Below, in pieces: positions 27,314 through 37,167 of a stretch of DNA of 64,000 nucleotides; position 1 is the stretch's first letter, and each line of letters opens with the position of its first letter. The translations under genes and the position numbers were made by a program. The notes under the pieces were generated by a model. It was not told the DNA's origin and did no database searches. It worked only from the letters and a program-made list of their open reading frames with translations. Source of the stretch: Polyangiaceae bacterium (GTDB taxonomy: Bacteria; Myxococcota_A; Polyangia; Polyangiales; Polyangiaceae); NCBI GenBank assembly GCA_044376115.1, contig JBILLK010000038.1, positions 27,489 to 91,488 on the forward strand, given 5' to 3'.

Positions 27314-28458
27314 CAACCGATGCCGAGGCTCATCGCGAGCCCGTCAAACGTGTTCGTACTTTTGAGTCCCAACATGCGAAACGCGTCTGTGTAAAGCGTT
27401 TGGCCCTCAATGGTACTGGCGACGACGGCACGAGCGAAGCGCTTGCTGACCCGAATTGGGATGGTCTTATAGAAGTTACCGCCGCTGTCGCCGCTCTTCT
27501 TGGTTGCTCTGGCTAGCTCCTGTTCATAAGCAGCCCGAAACTGGGAGCGGCTTAGTCGGCCAAGCTCGTAGAGCCGCCGAAGCACGACCAGCGTGCTGAC
27601 TTTGTAGAGACGCGACAGCCGCGGCAGTTCAGCCACAAGGTCGAGAGAGCGTTTGGTTTCGCGCTGAAGGTCGGCGGCTGGAACTAGCAACTCCGCAGCA
27701 ACCTGGTTGCACCAAGCCTCAGTCGCATCACCATCGAGCTGATCCGGCCGCTCATCCGACACGCCGCTTTGGCCAAGCCATACGTGAGCAAGTTCATGCG
27801 CAAGGGTAAAAATCTGCGCGGTCTTGGCGTCAGAGCCATTGACGAAGACCACCGGTGCGTAATCGTCCACAAGGGCAAAGCCACGGAATTCCTCTGGATC
27901 CAACTTGCGGTGCGTGTTGCTACCAACGATTCCGCTTCTCATCACCAGAATTCCAGCTTCCTCGATCCGCTCCGCGAACCGAGAGAACGCTTCATCGAGC
28001 GTTTTCATCGAGCGACGCTCGGCCAGCCCAAAGCCAAGGAGGTTTCGCATCTGCGAGGCAACCTCTTCGATGTTGGATGTCGGTAGCGCCGAGCCGACGA
28101 TCCCCAGCTTCGGTTCACCCTGGGAAAGCGCGAATTCGCGATACCATTCCTGCCTGGCTTGGCAATCGCGGATCGTGTCGAGAAGTTCCGGTGTTGGGCG
28201 CTTCGGCGTGCTGCTCCCGAGGGTGCGAAAGTCGCGAATAGGCAACTCTTCTTCCGGCGGTTGCGCCAGAAAAAAGAAGCCGATCGGAGTCGACGTCGTA
28301 CGGGCAAACTCTTCCAGCTGCTTGAGCGTCGGCTCCTCCTCCTCATTTACCCATGCCACGAGTTGAGGAAATCTCTCCTCATAGTCTCCGACGTCGCGCT
28401 GGTTACGCGCGCAAGCCCAAAGGAAAAGGGCGGGTGGAACGGAAACACGCGGACTCAT
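27313..28458 (-). CDS. HTH + ImmA/IrrE (DUF955) metallopeptidase
   Basis: PTLKQLEEFA HTH, EFRGFAL, FTLAHELAH (HEXXH), EAWCN. Confidence 0.9.
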   Translation of the reverse strand: MSPRVSVPPALFLWACARNQRDVGDYEERFPQLVAWVNEEEEPTLKQLEEFARTTSTPIGFFFLAQPPEEELPIRDFRTLGSSTPKRPTPELLDTIRDCQARQEWYREFALSQGEPKLGIVGSALPTSNIEEVASQMRNLLGFGLAERRSMKTLDEAFSRFAERIEEAGILVMRSGIVGSNTHRKLDPEEFRGFALVDDYAPVVFVNGSDAKTAQIFTLAHELAHVWLGQSGVSDERPDQLDGDATEAWCNQVAAELLVPAADLQRETKRSLDLVAELPRLSRLYKVSTLVVLRRLYELGRLSRSQFRAAYEQELARATKKSGDSGGNFYKTIPIRVSKRFARAVVASTIEGQTLYTDAFRMLGLKSTNTFDGLAMSLGIG

Positions 28459-28754
28459 GGGATTGGTCTGATGCAAGTGTCCCTCGACTGTGAAGGGCTG
28501 ACAACAAACGAGGTCGAGGAAACGACATCGCGTGTACGCCAGCCCGTATCCACCCGCACCGTCAGCCGTATGGTGCGGCCAAAGCTCCCGGCGCTCTCTC
28601 TCGGGGTCATCGCCAATGGAGCGCAAGTTCTGAAGCCGCGGCTTCACCGTAAACTCGCCCTTTTCCGTCGTCGCTTCCGGCAAGAGCATCGGCTCAATCG
28701 TGGCGCGCCCACTGAGCGGACGCGTCACGCCGAGCTTGAGCGTGGGCTGCATGA

Positions 28755-29654
28755 TCAGCCCAGCGGATCACTGCCGGGGAGGCCGCTTATCCCTTGAGTT
28801 GCCGGCTGTGGCGACGCCTGCGTTTGTCCTGCTGCTTTGGTGCTTTCACCTTCTGCGTCGTCATCGTTTTGGTCGCTGCCGGTGGCTTTGCCACTTTTGC
28901 GTTTGTTGCGCCCCGCGTAAGCGGATGGGGCTACACGATCAGCGTCTTCAAAGTGCCAACGCAAATACACAACCTGTCGACGCACCTCATCATAGTGCTG
29001 TAGGAACAGCGTCAATGCCCGGTTGCGCAGTTCCAACGCAGGCCCAACGGCCGCATTGGAGCGCTCTTTCGCGGCGAGCAGATCCATCATCCGTTGACCC
29101 AGGTCTTCCGCCCGGGTCAGCTCCTCCAAGGAGGTCCCCGTCTTGCCTTCCAGCGCAGCCCAGTTGGCGCGAAAGTGCTGGCAAACAGCGAGGATATCCA
29201 TCGCTGCATTGCGGTAGCCAACGCTGCCGCTCAGCGTACTGATCTTGGCGTCGCTGATCAGCCCACGCTTGGAGGCTGCGGTAAAGTCGGTCAGCAGGAT
29301 CTCGCGAATGCGGAGCAGCTCATCCCCGATCTTGGGCAAGTTCTGATCGGGTGCGGACGCTAATACATATTCGAGGTGGGTCTGTGCCAGCGCCAGCCGC
29401 AACACCTCCAAGCCATCCAGAATGGCAATGTCAAAGCTCGGGAGCTTCTGCAGCATCTCTTCGCGGTACGTGAGGATCTCCGGCAGGTGCGCTGCCACCA
29501 TCACCACCACGTTGGGAATGTCGATCAGCACCTTGGCGAGCTCAGCGTCAGGCACCGCGAGAATCTTCTCTCGCACAGCCTCCAGCGCTTCGCGGTAGCG
29601 CATCTCCGGGACCGGCGGGAGCGAGGGCGTGGGGAACAAACCTGTCATGGTCAT
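28755..29654 (-). CDS. Alpha-helical hypothetical protein
   Basis: AAGGAG RBS; YDEVRR...LRW...ADRVAPSAYAGR C-terminal block; no function assignable. Confidence 0.75.
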   Translation of the reverse strand: MTMTGLFPTPSLPPVPEMRYREALEAVREKILAVPDAELAKVLIDIPNVVVMVAAHLPEILTYREEMLQKLPSFDIAILDGLEVLRLALAQTHLEYVLASAPDQNLPKIGDELLRIREILLTDFTAASKRGLISDAKISTLSGSVGYRNAAMDILAVCQHFRANWAALEGKTGTSLEELTRAEDLGQRMMDLLAAKERSNAAVGPALELRNRALTLFLQHYDEVRRQVVYLRWHFEDADRVAPSAYAGRNKRKSGKATGSDQNDDDAEGESTKAAGQTQASPQPATQGISGLPGSDPLG

Positions 29655-29813
29655 GGAGCTATCTCCTTAGCGAGCAGCACCCACACGGGGCGCGCAGAGA
29701 CGAGGCTGCCCCACCGCACGCGCACCATGCACGTGGGCTTTGCAAACCCTGCCTCTCCCTAACCTTTTGGCCTGTCACCCCCTCCGATTAGAGAGATTCG
29801 TACAGGCGGGCTG

Positions 29814-30344
29814 CTATTGACCAACGCTAAACGTTTGCCGGCAAAGGCGAACCGTTTGATCCAATCGATCTGGCTTTGCCGGCAAAGGCAAACTGATTGA
29901 TCCAAACGACCTGGCTTTGCCGGATAAGGGCATACCGTTTGATCCAAACGACTTTGCTTTGCCGGCAAAGGCTCCAGGCCTATTGACCAACGCTAAACGT
30001 TTGCCGGCAAAGGCAAACTGATTGATCCAATCGATCTGGCTTTGCCGAGTAAAGGCAAACGGTTTGATCCAAACGACTTTCCTTTGCCGGCAAAGGCAAA
30101 CCGTTTGATCCAATCAATCCGCCTTTGCCCGCAAAGGCCCAAATGGTCCCTCCACCCCGTTCTTCCTTTGCGGGCAAAGGAAAGTCGTTTGGATCAATCA
30201 ACAACGCCTTTCTCCGCAAAGGAAAGTTGATTGGATCAATCGATCCGCCTTTGCGGGCAAAGCGAAGTTGATTGGATCAATCGATCCGGCTTTGCCAGCA
30301 AAGGCAAAGTGGTCGAAGTGATTGCTTTCCTTTGCCGGCAAAGC
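29814..30344. repeat. Phased array of 13 palindromic TTTGCCGGCAAAG-type units, 40-43 bp period
   Basis: Unit starts 29834, 29875, 29916, 29958, 30000, 30041, 30083, 30124, 30167, 30209, 30250, 30291, 30331. Confidence 0.92.
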
Positions 30345-30434
30345 CCAAAGGCGCCTGCTCGGCCCAAACCAGGCCAATGACGATTCTTCCAGAAAGGCTG
30401 TCCATGCCCGGCGCCAGCTCACGAATTACTGGAT

Positions 30435-31019
30435 ATGAGAACAGAGACCGTGCGCGGCCCGCGCGCGAAGGGGACGTTTTGCGCTAAAATTGGCACCTTC
30501 GAGGCGCCGCTCGCGCAGCAGCTGCACCAGACGGTGCACCGCTTGGCGACCCGAGCCGCCCGCCGCTACCACTGGGTCGGCTACCCGGAGCTCATGCAGT
30601 TCGGCTCAGAGCACGCCCTCAAGCTCAGCCACCGCTTCGACCCAAGCCGCGCCAGCTTCGGCACCTTCATCTACCGATCCGTCGGCACAGCCATGCGCCG
30701 CCGCGCCCACCAAATACAGAGCGAAGCCGCCCGCTTCGTCCCCGACCTCGTCTCCTGCGACGACCTCCCCGACTACCAAAGCCCCAGCGCCGAACAGCGC
30801 GCCCTCGACCTCGAACGCCACCACGAACTAGCCCGCCAAGTCAGCGCCGCCCTCAGCGACCTCTCAGCCGAAGACCGCGAGATCTTGGTGCGTGTCCTTA
30901 TTGAGGACCAGACGCTCGCCGACGCAGCTCGCGAACTGGGGATTGAGTACAGCGCCGCGCACTATCGATTAAAGATGAACAAGGAGAAGCTGAAGAGGAG
31001 GCTGGGGAGACTGGGGTGA
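30435..31019 (+). CDS. Sigma-70 family factor (start uncertain)
   Basis: RFDPSRASFGTF (region 2) and ALSDLSAEDREIL...TLADAARELGI (region 4). Confidence 0.75.
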   Translation: MRTETVRGPRAKGTFCAKIGTFEAPLAQQLHQTVHRLATRAARRYHWVGYPELMQFGSEHALKLSHRFDPSRASFGTFIYRSVGTAMRRRAHQIQSEAARFVPDLVSCDDLPDYQSPSAEQRALDLERHHELARQVSAALSDLSAEDREILVRVLIEDQTLADAARELGIEYSAAHYRLKMNKEKLKRRLGRLG

Positions 31020-31106
31020 AGGAGGGCTGGTGGGTAATCGCCTTCGACCTTATGGGTTTGGGAGGCTCAGTCAACCAAGCTCGGTCTCAAAGGCCCACTA
31101 AAGGAC

Positions 31107-32186
31107 TTACCAAAGCCCCTGCACCGTGCCCTGGCCATTGGCGACACCAACCGAAACCGACTCGAGTTCCAGCCCGCCGTGTCGTTTGCGCTCCTTTTGG
31201 TCCGTTGCTGGCTCAAGCATCAAGATTGGCACCAGAATGCCGAACATCGTTCCGATGGATCCGCCAACAAGAACGTCCGCCGCGTGGTGCGCTCCACCCG
31301 CAACACGAAGGGCCCCAACGGTGGTGGTCATGCCCAAGGAGAGTAAGGGGCCAGCGATACCCCATCCAATCGCAGGACCGTAGTCACCGTTCTTCTTGGC
31401 GATTTCTAAAAAGTGGTACTCGAGCATCGTAACGATCGAGCTTGTTGCAGCAGCCGTCATTGATGTGTGGCCAGACGGAAACGAGTGGTACGCATCTGAA
31501 GACAGCTGCTCGTCGACCAAATCGTAACGGTCCTCAGGAGCAGTCTGTTCCAGGGCCGAGCTATCCGCCCATGCAATTGGACGCGGATTTCCGACTGCCA
31601 CCTTGAGCAGTTCAGTCGTTAGCATCGTGTATCCGAGACTTGCGGCAAACGTTACAGCGTAGCGGCGCCCCCACAACAGCGAAAGCACGCCGCCTGCGGC
31701 GACGTTCCCATAAAAAAAGCCGTCTGAGATGCCACGAGAGGTGCTGGCGCCATCCCGAGTATACTTATCCGTCGGAACATCTCCGTACAGCCCATGAACA
31801 GTGGTTTCTGGTGTACACAGCTCGTCAAACGCTACCGACTTGCAACGGTCATTGGGGTTGTCGAGCGCACTATCAACAATATTCATGGCCAGGCCTGCGC
31901 CAAGGCTCGCCAATCCTGCGCCTTCAATGAAATGGCCCCACCCCACGCGGATGCAGAGGGCGTCGTCGTTGTGCAAGCAGCTGTCGAGATCACTCGGCCA
32001 AAAGTTGTCTAGTAGGCTAGCGCGCGGCAGCGGGTGAGGACCGCTCGGTGTCGAACTTGGGGCACCGACGCTGCCTCCTTCTACTTTGGTTACAGCGGGT
32101 TCAGCCGCCAAGCCAAAGGAAGCCGACGTAAGTGTCGCAAACGCAGCGGCAAGACAGGAAAGTATTCTTGTGGCCATTTTACCCAT
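31107..32186 (-). CDS. PAP2 family phosphatase
   Basis: K-x6-RP (KVAVGNPRP), SFPSGH, R-x5-H (RVAGGAHHAAD); visibly lower GC. Confidence 0.85.
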   Translation of the reverse strand: MGKMATRILSCLAAAFATLTSASFGLAAEPAVTKVEGGSVGAPSSTPSGPHPLPRASLLDNFWPSDLDSCLHNDDALCIRVGWGHFIEGAGLASLGAGLAMNIVDSALDNPNDRCKSVAFDELCTPETTVHGLYGDVPTDKYTRDGASTSRGISDGFFYGNVAAGGVLSLLWGRRYAVTFAASLGYTMLTTELLKVAVGNPRPIAWADSSALEQTAPEDRYDLVDEQLSSDAYHSFPSGHTSMTAAATSSIVTMLEYHFLEIAKKNGDYGPAIGWGIAGPLLSLGMTTTVGALRVAGGAHHAADVLVGGSIGTMFGILVPILMLEPATDQKERKRHGGLELESVSVGVANGQGTVQGLW

Positions 32187-32621
32187 CACCAACGCCTCCG
32201 CGGCTCCTTCTCTAGGCAGGCTCAAGCCATTGTCAGATCAACGGCAATGGCGCACGAGACCCATTCACTATCGGCAGCTGGGCGTCCTCCGGCTCTGCAC
32301 GCTGCAAAGTCACAAAAGAACGTAGCCCACCCTAGTAGACTCGCTTCAAGGCAGAGATTCATACCTATCTTCGATACAGCCCAGTGACTCTTCACGCCTC
32401 AATCCCTAGGCGTCTATAGTCATTTGTGCACAGCCAGAAACGCGGCACTCTACAGCCAAAAAGCTTCCTTTTTGCATACTAGACACCTAACAGCTTGACC
32501 GGCGCTCCGACAAGCTGACGGCAAACCACTACGACAGTTTACATATTAGAACCATGAGCAATGCCATAGTGTGTAGTTGAACGGGATGCCGTTGCCCTAA
32601 GGTAAGTTCTACAGCTCCTCC

Positions 32622-32652
32622 TTGACCCTCCCCCAAGGGGAGACCGCAGGCT
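32622..32652 (+). promoter_or_regulatory. MerR-type promoter
   Basis: TTGACC-N19-CAGGCT with dyad CTCCCC-CAA-GGGGAG (32628-32642). Confidence 0.7.
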
Positions 32653-32669
32653 TCTCTTTGGAGGTCTCC

Positions 32670-33086
32670 ATGGTCGAAGGAAGTTGTCTGTGCGGTAAGG
32701 TTCGTTATGAGGTTGATGGCGCGTTTGTCGAAGCGCATCACTGCCACTGCTCGCGCTGTCGTAAGGCGCACGGGGCGGCGTTCGCTACGTACGCTTGCAC
32801 GCCGGCGAGCGGGTTCCGCTTCGTGGCGGGCGAGGCGGAGCTGACGAGCTATCGGTCGTCGCCGCCGGTTCGGCGTACGTTTTGCCGCGTCTGCGGCTCG
32901 AGTCTGTTCTTTCAGCATGACGCCGTGGCCGAGCTGATGTTCGTGGCGGTGGGGACGCTTGACGAGGTCCTGGCGAGCGCGCTCCCGATCGATGCGCACT
33001 GCTTTGTTGGTTCCAAGGCGAGCTGGTGGACGATTCACGACGCGCTCACGCGTCATGAGCAGCAGCGGCCAGAGTTTGGCGGCTGA
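32670..33086 (+). CDS. GFA (Mss4-like) family protein
   Basis: GSCLCG, CHCSRCRK, FCRVCGS; GGAGG RBS. Confidence 0.92.
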   Translation: MVEGSCLCGKVRYEVDGAFVEAHHCHCSRCRKAHGAAFATYACTPASGFRFVAGEAELTSYRSSPPVRRTFCRVCGSSLFFQHDAVAELMFVAVGTLDEVLASALPIDAHCFVGSKASWWTIHDALTRHEQQRPEFGG

Positions 33087-33094
33087 GGCCTGCG

Positions 33095-33910
33095 TTAGCC
33101 TGCAATCGGCAGCACGAGCTCGGTGCGCCGCGCGTCCGGCGGGACGGTGTCCGGATCGTCCAGATAGATCTCGCGCGGAGCTCCCGTGGGCGCGTGCCCT
33201 TGTTCGTGGACCCAGGCTGTTACCGCATGTTGCGCGACGCCGATCTCCTCGTAGGCGCCGACGTGCGTGGTGAAGGCAACGCGCGCTGCGGGGAGCTCGA
33301 GGAAGCGCAAGCCGGCGCGCGCGGCGTCACCCGCGTCGATGCCAAGCGGTGCGTGCACGCACATCTCGAGGATCATCGTGTCGTCGTCCTCGGGCTCGGG
33401 CAACAAGCACAGCGCTGGCTCAGTGACGTGGAGGCTCGCTTCGCGCAAGGCTGCGGACAAGCGGTCGAACAGCGCAAAGCCCGCCTCAACGTGGAGCTCG
33501 GGGGTTGTGACCGTGCGAAGCGAAAGGAGCGCCATGGCGGGCTCGTGGCGAAGCGCGATGGCGTAGGGCAGCACCTCGCCCTCCCGCATCATGCGCTCGA
33601 CGTAGGACAGCGCTCGACGCGATCGCGCGAGCTCACGCTCAATGCGGCGCCGCTCCAGATCGAGCCGCTCCGCGAGCGCATGGGGCGCTTTGGCCTCCAA
33701 GATGGCTTTGATCGTAGGGATGGGCACCTCCAGCGAACGCAGCAGCGATATCGAGATAGCGGTCTTGAGCTGGCTGCGGGCATAGAAGCGATAGCCCGAG
33801 CCATCGACCCGTGCCGGCGGCAGCAGGCCCACCTCATCGTAGTGCCGCAGCGCTTTGATACTGAGCCGGCACGCACGCGCAAAGCGCCCAATGCTGAGTA
33901 GGTCGGACAC
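33095..33910 (-). CDS. MerR family regulator with GyrI-like domain
   Basis: IGRFARAC.LSIKALRHYD..GLL; HVGAYEE, PREIYL. Confidence 0.92.
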   Translation of the reverse strand: MSDLLSIGRFARACRLSIKALRHYDEVGLLPPARVDGSGYRFYARSQLKTAISISLLRSLEVPIPTIKAILEAKAPHALAERLDLERRRIERELARSRRALSYVERMMREGEVLPYAIALRHEPAMALLSLRTVTTPELHVEAGFALFDRLSAALREASLHVTEPALCLLPEPEDDDTMILEMCVHAPLGIDAGDAARAGLRFLELPAARVAFTTHVGAYEEIGVAQHAVTAWVHEQGHAPTGAPREIYLDDPDTVPPDARRTELVLPIAG

Positions 33911-34050
33911 GGAGCCTCACATGGGTTGGTGGTCGCAGCAGGAGGCTGGGAGTCTAAGCGAGGGTCGCGGCTTCGTCCCGGACCGCAGAGCCTCCTGCCC
34001 GCCGTTGCGGTGCATCACCGACGGTCGCCGGCGCTGCCGCTGCCCGCGGT

Positions 34051-34097
34051 TGCGACAATGCGGCGCTTGTCACCGTGAGACGGCGCGATGTGTCGCA
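34051..34097 (+). repeat. Hairpin element A, solo copy
   Basis: TGCGACAATGCGGCGCTTGTCACCGTGAGACGGCGCGATGTGTCGCA. Confidence 0.85.
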
Positions 34098-34195
34098 GCG
34101 CGAGCGTGTGCACCGGAGCGCGACAGGCCTGGCGCGCCGTTGCCGCCTCGCCTGGGCGCCGATGAGAGCTGCGCCCCTCGTACGATTCCCTCGAA

Positions 34196-34267
34196 GGGGT
34201 CGGTCAGCAGCGTGCGCTGACGGAGCTGGTGCTCGAGCATGGTGACGCGGCGACTGCCGACGGTCTC
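34196..34267 (-). pseudogene. 72-bp fragment of the DUF3427 helicase gene
   Basis: 68/72 identical to 38751-38822. Confidence 0.8.
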
Positions 34268-34290
34268 GACGACGCAGGGCCTCGTGCGCC

Positions 34291-35286
34291 CTACTCCCCG
34301 AGCGCGGCGGCCAGGTGCGTCGCGAGCTCGGCGCGTGACGTGATGCCGAGCTTGCTCATGGCCAGGCCGAGGTGGCGCGACACGGTAGGCTCGCTCAGGC
34401 CGAGCTCGTAGCCGATGAGCTTAGACGAACGTCCGAGGGCCACGAGGGCGGCGATCTGGGCCTCACGCTGGCTCAGGGCGGTGAGGCGCGCGGCTGCGGG
34501 CTCGTTCCGCATCGCGATCAGGTAGCGCTTGCCGTCGCTGTCGAAGCGGTCGACGAGCGACCACGTCCCATCCACGAGTCCCTTCCATAGATCGGTGACG
34601 CCCGCCGGATCCTGGTCGCGCCGGCTGCGGGCGCGATCGATCGCGATGGCGGCCTCCCGCAGGGCCTGGGCGGCCAGCGGTTGCGTGGCGTCGCCCGTGG
34701 CATGCTCCAGCTTGCCCGAAGGCGTGAGGACCGCCTCGCCCTCTCCCGCCGCCTTTTTTGCGAGCGCGCGACGTAGTCGCAACGCGGTCGTCGCGTGAAT
34801 CACCACGTGCTCGAGCGGCTCGCGCAGCTCGTTCGGGACCGCCTCGACCGTGGACCTTCCCGCGGCGATGGCGCAGCCACGCCCCGAGGCATCGGTGGCC
34901 AGGAGGAGCAAGGAGTCGTTCAGTCCGCCGGCCTGGTATCTGCCCTCGAACGTCGGCGAGGCGGCGAGTGCCTGCGCACCGAACACCTCCGCGAGAGTCG
35001 ACACCATTTGGTGCTGACCGGTGAGCGCGCCGCGGAACATATCCGGGCTGAACTCCGCGCTGTTGGCGCGCACGTTTGCTCGCATCTCTTCAGCAACGCC
35101 GCGCGCCACGGGATCGCTGAAGCGAAGCGCGGTTGGATCCGACGCGTCGACGAACATTCCCATCACGCCGAGGCCGCGCCCGATCAGCGGGAGCAGGCTC
35201 TCGAGCAGCGCCCCCATCCACGCGTCGTCGTCGACGAGATCGGGGCGGTAGACACACTCGATGGCGCCTAAGAAGTCGCGCTTCAT
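34291..35286 (-). CDS. LuxR-family HTH regulator
   Basis: C-terminal LSQREAQIAALVALGRSSKLIGYELGLS..TV. Confidence 0.85.
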   Translation of the reverse strand: MKRDFLGAIECVYRPDLVDDDAWMGALLESLLPLIGRGLGVMGMFVDASDPTALRFSDPVARGVAEEMRANVRANSAEFSPDMFRGALTGQHQMVSTLAEVFGAQALAASPTFEGRYQAGGLNDSLLLLATDASGRGCAIAAGRSTVEAVPNELREPLEHVVIHATTALRLRRALAKKAAGEGEAVLTPSGKLEHATGDATQPLAAQALREAAIAIDRARSRRDQDPAGVTDLWKGLVDGTWSLVDRFDSDGKRYLIAMRNEPAAARLTALSQREAQIAALVALGRSSKLIGYELGLSEPTVSRHLGLAMSKLGITSRAELATHLAAALGE

Positions 35287-35561
35287 GGCAATCCGTTGAA
35301 GCGCGCAGCCAGCTCGACGCGCGAGCCGACCCCCGTCTTCCGAAAAATGGAGGCAAGCTGATTCGAGACCGTGCGGACCGAGGTGTTCCGCCGCTCCGCG
35401 ATCTCCGCGGTCGTGAGTCCGCCGACGACCAGGGCGACGACCTCCTGCTCGGCTTCTGTGAGGCATACCGTCGGCAGCGGCCCGAGCGGCGCGCTCAGCA
35501 CGACGAAATCCAGGCCTCCCAGCCGAAATGATGAGACTTGCGCTGGTCGAAGTCGCGTCAC
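35283..35561 (-). CDS. Small stand-alone LuxR-type HTH protein
   Basis: LTEAEQEV...GLTTAEIA..RNTSVRTV; ATGA overlap with next gene. Confidence 0.8.
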   Translation of the reverse strand: MTRLRPAQVSSFRLGGLDFVVLSAPLGPLPTVCLTEAEQEVVALVVGGLTTAEIAERRNTSVRTVSNQLASIFRKTGVGSRVELAARFNGLP

Positions 35562-35760
35562 ACCCCGACCATCTCACAGGTCTGACTCGAGGCGCAAGGC
35601 ACGAGCGGAGGCACAGGGTGTTGCGGGAGTGGTCGGACGGTGGAGCAGCGCCGCTTGAAGAAATGACCATGGACACAGCGCGCGACGCCCGCCTAACGGG
35701 GGGCAACCTCTGCCGCGGGCGTAGGCGTTCGGATCGAACCGGAAGGGGACCCGCACTGGC

Positions 35761-36639
35761 ATGCTCTGCTCGAATCTCCTCGTCTCGCTGCGCAACGCGC
35801 TGTCGCAAGTCGCGCGCGCTGGCGTCGTTCTCGGTGCGATGGGCGCTGGTATCGCGGCGACGACCTGCGCGTCGCTCGATCGCCCGACGCCCCCGTGGCT
35901 CCTCGTGAGCGTCTTCGCGCTAGTGCTCCCGAGCTACGGCATCGATCGGCTCCGTGACGCCTCGGCGGACGCCGTCGCACACCCCGAACGCGCGGCGCTG
36001 TATGAGGGCCGTCGCGAGGCGCTCACTGCGCTCTACCTTGCGTGCTTCGGCGTCGCGCTACTCGCTGCGTCGACTGCGGGAGCGTGGGCGGTGGCCGCGG
36101 TGATGGCCTTTCCCTTCTCCGTGGTGCTCTACGTGGTACCGATGCTGCCCGCGCGGTTCACGATGCGTCGGCTGAAGGACATCCCCTATGGCAAGGGCGT
36201 ATACACGGCGCTCTGCTGGGGCGCGCTGGCCCCGCTAGCGGCGCGCTGGAGCGGGGCGCAGGTCGATGGGCGCGTTGCAGCGCTCGCATTGCTGGCCGCC
36301 GGATCGATCTGGATCACCACCGTCGTCTGCGACTTGAAGGACCTCCTCGCTGACCGCGCGGCGGGAGTCCGTACGCTGCCCGTGAGGCTCGGGCGCGCGC
36401 GTACCCTCGCGGTGCTGCGGGCCGTGAACCTTGCGACCACCGCCCTAGGAGTGGGTCTACCGGCACTGCAGCTGACCACCTCCGCAGCGGCCAGCGCGGC
36501 GCTCGTTACGGGCCTTGCTGCGCACCTCTACCTCCATCGCCTCGCGCTGCCCGGCGCCGACGACCGCTTTTACGGCGAGGTCGTGAGCGACGGCGCGGTC
36601 GCGCTCTGGCTCCCGGTCGCCCTCCTCGCCGCGCGCTGA
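35761..36639 (+). CDS. UbiA family prenyltransferase-like membrane protein
   Basis: YGIDRLRD...D, DLKDLLAD...GVRTLP Asp-rich motifs; many TM segments. Confidence 0.8.
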   Translation: MLCSNLLVSLRNALSQVARAGVVLGAMGAGIAATTCASLDRPTPPWLLVSVFALVLPSYGIDRLRDASADAVAHPERAALYEGRREALTALYLACFGVALLAASTAGAWAVAAVMAFPFSVVLYVVPMLPARFTMRRLKDIPYGKGVYTALCWGALAPLAARWSGAQVDGRVAALALLAAGSIWITTVVCDLKDLLADRAAGVRTLPVRLGRARTLAVLRAVNLATTALGVGLPALQLTTSAAASAALVTGLAAHLYLHRLALPGADDRFYGEVVSDGAVALWLPVALLAAR

Positions 36640-36884
36640 ACACCCCCTCCGATGCCCTCACCATTGCCCACTCACTTCCGAGGGGTAACCTCGCTACGAG
36701 CGACGTCGAGGATCTCGAGCGGCGTCGACGGTCGTCGCACCAAGCTCATGGGGCCAACCGAACGTCGCTCCTTCGTGCGTCGTCGGCCAAGGCGGCTCTC
36801 GCGCGGCTTCACTCCACTCAGAGCCCGCAACGCTAGCCGGCCTCACTGGCAAAATGAACCGCGCTGGGCTACCGTGGTAGGACA

Positions 36885-37167
36885 ATGGCGGCGAAGCGCG
36901 CGGGCAAGACAGTGAAGGTCAGCGTCTCGCTAACGCGGGAGGACTTGGCGACGTTGAAGAGAGAAGCCAAGCACTCTCACGATGGGAACCTTTCGGCGGC
37001 GTTCGCTGAAGCGGCGCGCTCTCCGGCAGCGCGAGGCTCGGCGCCGTGTGATTGAACTGCTCGGCGGGCCATCATTGACGCCTGCCGCGGCTGCCGCCAT
37101 CGACGACGAACAGCGCGCTGGCTCGGCAAAGCCGCCCCGCAAGACAAAAGCAAAAAAGGCCGCGTGA
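36885..37167 (+). pseudogene. Antitoxin copy 1, frameshifted
   Basis: Near-identical to 43961-44245 but lacks GG at 37020/37021, giving a stop at 37053-37055. Confidence 0.85.

Noticed and set aside
27313..28752. 479-aa version of the IrrE protein
   Set aside because: First 98 codons show no family features; start at 28458 fits better
29814..30344. CRISPR array
   Set aside because: Constant part is only ~14 bp, spacers are variants of each other, polarity flips mid-array, and no cas genes are in the window
29759..30487. Short ORFs over the array (PLPAK repeats)
   Set aside because: The 40-43 bp period breaks frame; these are translations of the DNA repeat
32484..32520. attC site starting ACCTAAC with CAGCTTG/CAAGCTG stem
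   Set aside because: No matching GTTRRRY end, single copy, no integrase
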